Shown here: positions 59,943 through 64,000 of the stretch, one piece after another
Numbering within the stretch: the first letter of the stretch is position 1
Layout: each line of letters starts with the position of its first letter
Source of the DNA: an uncultured bacterium
GTDB taxonomy: Bacteria > Babelota > Babeliae > Babelales > Babelaceae
DNA: 64,000 bases
NCBI GenBank assembly: GCA_963717435.1
Contig: OY970332.1
Location: 1,024,001-1,088,000 of the forward strand
Direction: 5' to 3'
Position numbers and translations under genes: made by a program
The notes under the pieces: model-generated
Seen by the model: the letters and a program-made list of their open reading frames with translations, nothing else
Told to the model about the DNA's origin: nothing
Databases searched by the model: none

Positions 59943-60866
59943 TTAAATAATAACGCAGTCATCTTCGTCGTCGCCATATGGCCAAGCTTTGCCCACAGTT
60001 ACCCGGTGGTTCAAGATTAGATTGGCAATGTCATCTTTGCCCAAACTTTTGGCCAGGCTATATAATCTTTGTTTTGTAAAATAAGAAGAATCAGAAGATT
60101 CGTAAAATTTAAAGAGCAGCTCAAATATTTCTTTGTCCCAATATTTTATGGCCCAAAAAAGTGCGTTCCAATTGTATTCATCTTCAGATTCGTTGCCAGA
60201 CTTATCAAACGTATTTATTAAAAAACCCCGAGTGAAATTATCTGCGCAAGATTCTAATATTAAGTTTAAAAAATCTATGCACAGCTTTTTGGCGTTTGGT
60301 CTTTTGTTTGGACCATACTTTAGAGCTATGCAAATAACACTCTCATGATACTTATTCAAAAAAATAAAATGCGCGTTATGTTTCAACAAGCATCTGGCAG
60401 CCTCTAACTTAAGGTTGCAGGCTGCGTAATGCATCGGCAAATTCAGATCACTGTCCCGAACATTTAAAAAATTTGATATATCTTGGGGGTTTTTATTAAC
60501 GCAATTTGCGGCCAGCCAGTTTGCGCAATTATACTGCGCGGCCAGATGCACCGCAGTTACGCTACTATCTGTATTTGGTTTTCGAAGAGATTTGGGAAAA
60601 TCAGGAGCGCCTCCTGCGGGATTTTGCAAATATTCTTGAGATAATTGTTCAATATCTTGTGTCCCGTTAACGGCCCCTATAGAATTAGTGCTTGAAGCTG
60701 AACTATTGCCATCAAGTATATCCAACTCGTGTTCTTCTTGATCAGCGCCAGTGTTATCGTAAAAACCCATACAGTAACTACTTTTAAAGTTTGTCAAAAA
60801 CAAAATATAAAAGATCAAAAATTTGGTAAAAATAATTGGCGTAAAAATAGCTTTTTTCAAAAACAT
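59943..60866 (-). CDS. Signal-peptide ankyrin-repeat protein
   Basis: TAVHLAAQYN, NLPMHYAA, WNALFWAIKY. Confidence 0.8.
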   Translation of the reverse strand: MFLKKAIFTPIIFTKFLIFYILFLTNFKSSYCMGFYDNTGADQEEHELDILDGNSSASSTNSIGAVNGTQDIEQLSQEYLQNPAGGAPDFPKSLRKPNTDSSVTAVHLAAQYNCANWLAANCVNKNPQDISNFLNVRDSDLNLPMHYAACNLKLEAARCLLKHNAHFIFLNKYHESVICIALKYGPNKRPNAKKLCIDFLNLILESCADNFTRGFLINTFDKSGNESEDEYNWNALFWAIKYWDKEIFELLFKFYESSDSSYFTKQRLYSLAKSLGKDDIANLILNHRVTVGKAWPYGDDEDDCVII

Positions 60867-60878
60867 ATTTACTTCTCC

Positions 60879-60906
60879 AAAAAAAAGGACCGCAAGTTGC
60901 GGTCCT
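60879..60906 (-). terminator. ileS terminator
   Basis: A-run followed by ggaccgc-aagtt-gcggtcc. Confidence 0.8.
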
Positions 60907-60913
60907 GATTATT

Positions 60914-63904
60914 TTACTGTTTTAAAACTTTAACGCATCTTCTGCACAACCCATCAACACCGGGCTCGCTATCCCATTGCCAACATCTTGGACACTTCCC
61001 GCCAATCGCATGCGTAACTTTTGCATATATTCCATCAGCTAACTTTGGCAAACTGTCGTTGTCTTTGTTTAACTTAAACTGCGAAATAACAAGTAGCTCT
61101 TTAAAAAACTGTTCAATCGAATCTGTAATATTATTAGAGTCACCAGACTTTTTTATTCTCTTAAACAGATCCCGCAAGATTTCAAATTCTTCTAAATTTA
61201 AATCTATATAAAGGTCAACCGAAACATCAAGAGAATGTCCAACAACCGCCTTGGCTCTTAATTCTTCGATACTTTTTAAAATTATAGATCTAACGGCTTT
61301 TAAAACTTCCCAAGAATCCTGCCATTTTACTATCTCATCAGATTTTAAGATCGCCATCTTGGCTTCCATAATTTTATCTATTTCCAAAAACGGAGCCTGA
61401 ACTGGAACAGATTCACCAATCTCATATCCAACAACTGATTTAGCAAACTCTAAGTCTGAAAAGCTTTGTAAATGCACAGATTTTGATTTATTTTTTTGAT
61501 AAAAATCTGTAACAATTTCAGCATTAAATGACATAATAGGCGCAGTCAGTTTTGTAAGCGCATCTAAGATATACCAAATTGCAGTTTGCGCAGATCTTCT
61601 TAATTTGCCATCAGCCACTTCAACGTAAAGCCTGTCTTTTATAATATCCAGATAAAAAGAGCTAAGCTCCGCAGAACAATAATCAGCAAGTTCATGAAAA
61701 ACTGCAGTAAAATCACAAGCGTTATAGTTTGCCAAAATCTTATTTTGCAACTCATAAAGTTTTACAAGTGCGTATCTGTCAATTGGTGTAAGCTCTTCAA
61801 CTGAAAGTTTATCTTTTTCAATATCAAAATCATAAAGATTTGAAACAAAAATCGCTGCGTGTTTCTAATTTTTCTGAACACTTCAGCAACATTTGCAGTA
61901 AATTCTGTGAAACAACCGGGTCGCCATCATGGCCTACACTAGCAACCCATAAGTCGCAGCCCATCGGTCCCTACTTTATCAATAATATCTTGCGGCGCAA
62001 CAACATTACCCAAGAGATTTGGACATCTTGCGCCCTTTTTCATCAACGGTATACCCGTGAGAAATTATCTGACGCGTGCAAGCTTTATCTTCCAAAACTA
62101 AACTGGTGATAAGTGAACTCTGGAACCAACCCCGATGCTGATCAACACCCTCACAATATACATCTGCGGGGAAATGTAAGTTCGGATTTTTTTCAAGAAC
62201 TGCATAATGGCTAACACCAGAATCGAACCAGACATCCAAAATATCCTGCTCTTTTTTAAAGTCGTTTTTTATTACATCCGGGACAAGCTTACTATTTTCA
62301 CAAACTCTTTAATATCCACAGCATCCCAGTATTCAATCCCATTTGAGCAACATCGGATGCAACAGCATTACACAAGTTTTGAATCTATAAAAGTAAAATC
62401 ACAATATTTACATAATTAGTGCAGGTATTGGCACGCCCCAGATTCTTTGGCGGGAAAAGCACCATTCCCATCTATTTTCAACTGTAGCTTTTAAGAAATT
62501 TCTTCCACGATCCGGGATAAAGTTTATCTTATTTATACTCTCAAGCGCCGCTTGTTTAACATTTTGTGTATTCAAATCAAAGAACCACTGACGAGTTGCT
62601 CTAAAAATTAGCCCATTGCGGCAACGCCAACAATGCGGGTAACTATGCGTAATATTATTTTTAAATAGCATCTTGCCAAGTTCAGCAAGTTTTTTTATCA
62701 CCCAAATTTGTCCATCAGAAACGGGCATGCCCTCCAGTTCTATTGGATCAATTCCAGCAGAATATTTACCGTCGGGTGATACTGGGCAGTATATTTCGAG
62801 CCCATTTTTTACACCAATTTCATAATCCACTGGTCCGCAACCTGGGGCAACGTGAACAGCAGCTGTCCCTTCGTCAAGACCAACAGAGGCATCCAAAACA
62901 ATTGGAACCTGCAAGTTTTTTACAAATGGGTGAACAACTTTTGCTCCAAATAATCTTGATGGCAAAAACTCTTCGATAATTTCCAAATCTTGATCAAGAA
63001 GCTTTACAAATTTTTCAGCTACCTGCGCGCCGATTATAATATTTTTTGTACTATTATCTTTTATATTTTTAATTTTTATTAGTTTATATGGCGCATCTTT
63101 GTGGATCAAAACAGCTCTATTTAGTGGCAAAGTCCAAGGTGTTGTTGTCCAAACCGCGATACTTATCGGGCCTGAAACTTTAGGAAACAAAGCTTTCTTG
63201 TCTGAGTCGCTAAGTTCAAACTCAACGTATACTGATGGGTCTTTTCTGTCTTGATATTCGATTTCTGCTGAAGCAAGCGTTGTCGCACAAGAGGGGCACC
63301 AAGCAACAGTTTTGTTTTTTCGTTCTATATACCCTTCTTCGACTAATTTGCCAAAAGCTCTTAAAGTCGCCGCTTCATATTCCGGGGCCATAGTTATATA
63401 CGGATTTTTGAAGTCCATTAAAACCCCAAGTTTTTTAAACTCTCCCCGCTGGATATCGATCCATTTTGACGCGTACTCTCGACAAGCTTTTATAAATTCA
63501 ACCCGCTGTCCAGAAGACAATAAATTGTCATTATTTTTGTTCGATTTATCTGATAAGCTTGGGTTTTCACTAACAACTTTTAGCTCTATTGGCAGGCCAT
63601 GGCAGTCCCAACCCGGTTTAACTGGCACATGATACCCGGCCATGCGTCTATATTTGCAGACAATATCTTTTAAGATTTTATTATAAGCGTGCCCAAGATG
63701 AATGTTCCCATTTGCATAGGGGGGGCCATCATGTAAAATATATTTTGTTTTGCCGCTGTTATGCTCATAAGATTTTTTATACAAATCTTCATCTTGCCAA
63801 CGTTGCAATAATACTGGGTCATCTTGTTTTGAATTGCCACGTATGGGAAAACCAGTTTGCGGTAAATTCAATGTATCTTTAAAACTTTTTGATTCAGTTG
63901 ACAT
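60914..63904 (-). CDS. ileS: Isoleucyl-tRNA synthetase, fragmented by several apparent indels at about 61750-62410
   Basis: [43 protein letters not shown]-terminal CPRCW zinc finger. Confidence 0.96.
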
Positions 63905-64000
63905 ATGCACACCTAAATAGGATTTATTTTTACAATAATCTCAGTATACTTAAAACTTATGAACAGTCCAAAAAAAATCGGGATCTGGGGCTCCGGAGTG

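Noticed and set aside
60914-63904. ileS as a pseudogene or programmed frameshift
   Set aside because: Essential gene with intact motifs and a cluster of single-base indels (e.g. an extra base after KMSKSL). Assembly error is far more likely; a read pileup would settle it.

Overview
AT-rich bacterial chromosomal window. By inference it is from a protist-associated intracellular bacterium such as Ca. Babeliae/Dependentiae (TM6), given the many signal-peptide ankyrin, WD40, F-box-like and delta-60 repeat proteins scattered among housekeeping genes. Housekeeping genes: ogt, maf, htpX, hspR, ychF, dnaK, carD, miaA, recA, infC-rpmI-rplT, zapA, rny, ymdB, proS, dnaN, recF, ruvC, dnaB, rplI, ileS. 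Also present: two type II toxin-antitoxin pairs, a lone tyrosine recombinase, a four-gene delta-60 array, pilin-like genes and a tandem duplication. The best novel-system candidate is a small GIY-YIG nuclease gene (42108-42392) bracketed by inverted copies of a ~55-bp structured palindromic repeat. Solo copies of the repeat occur at four other places, one in frame inside miaA. This resembles REP/RAYT organisation, but with a GIY-YIG enzyme. Other leads: a family of WD40 proteins sharing conserved N- and C-terminal segments, module shuffling among the delta-60 paralogs, a Met just after the signal peptide in 12 ORFs, a candidate anti-SD sRNA between recF and ruvC, and an HspR HAIR operator at dnaK. 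Frameshifts in essential genes (ileS, dnaB) indicate assembly indel errors, so every pseudogene call is uncertain. No rRNA, tRNA or CRISPR array was seen. All calls are by eye, with no database searches.
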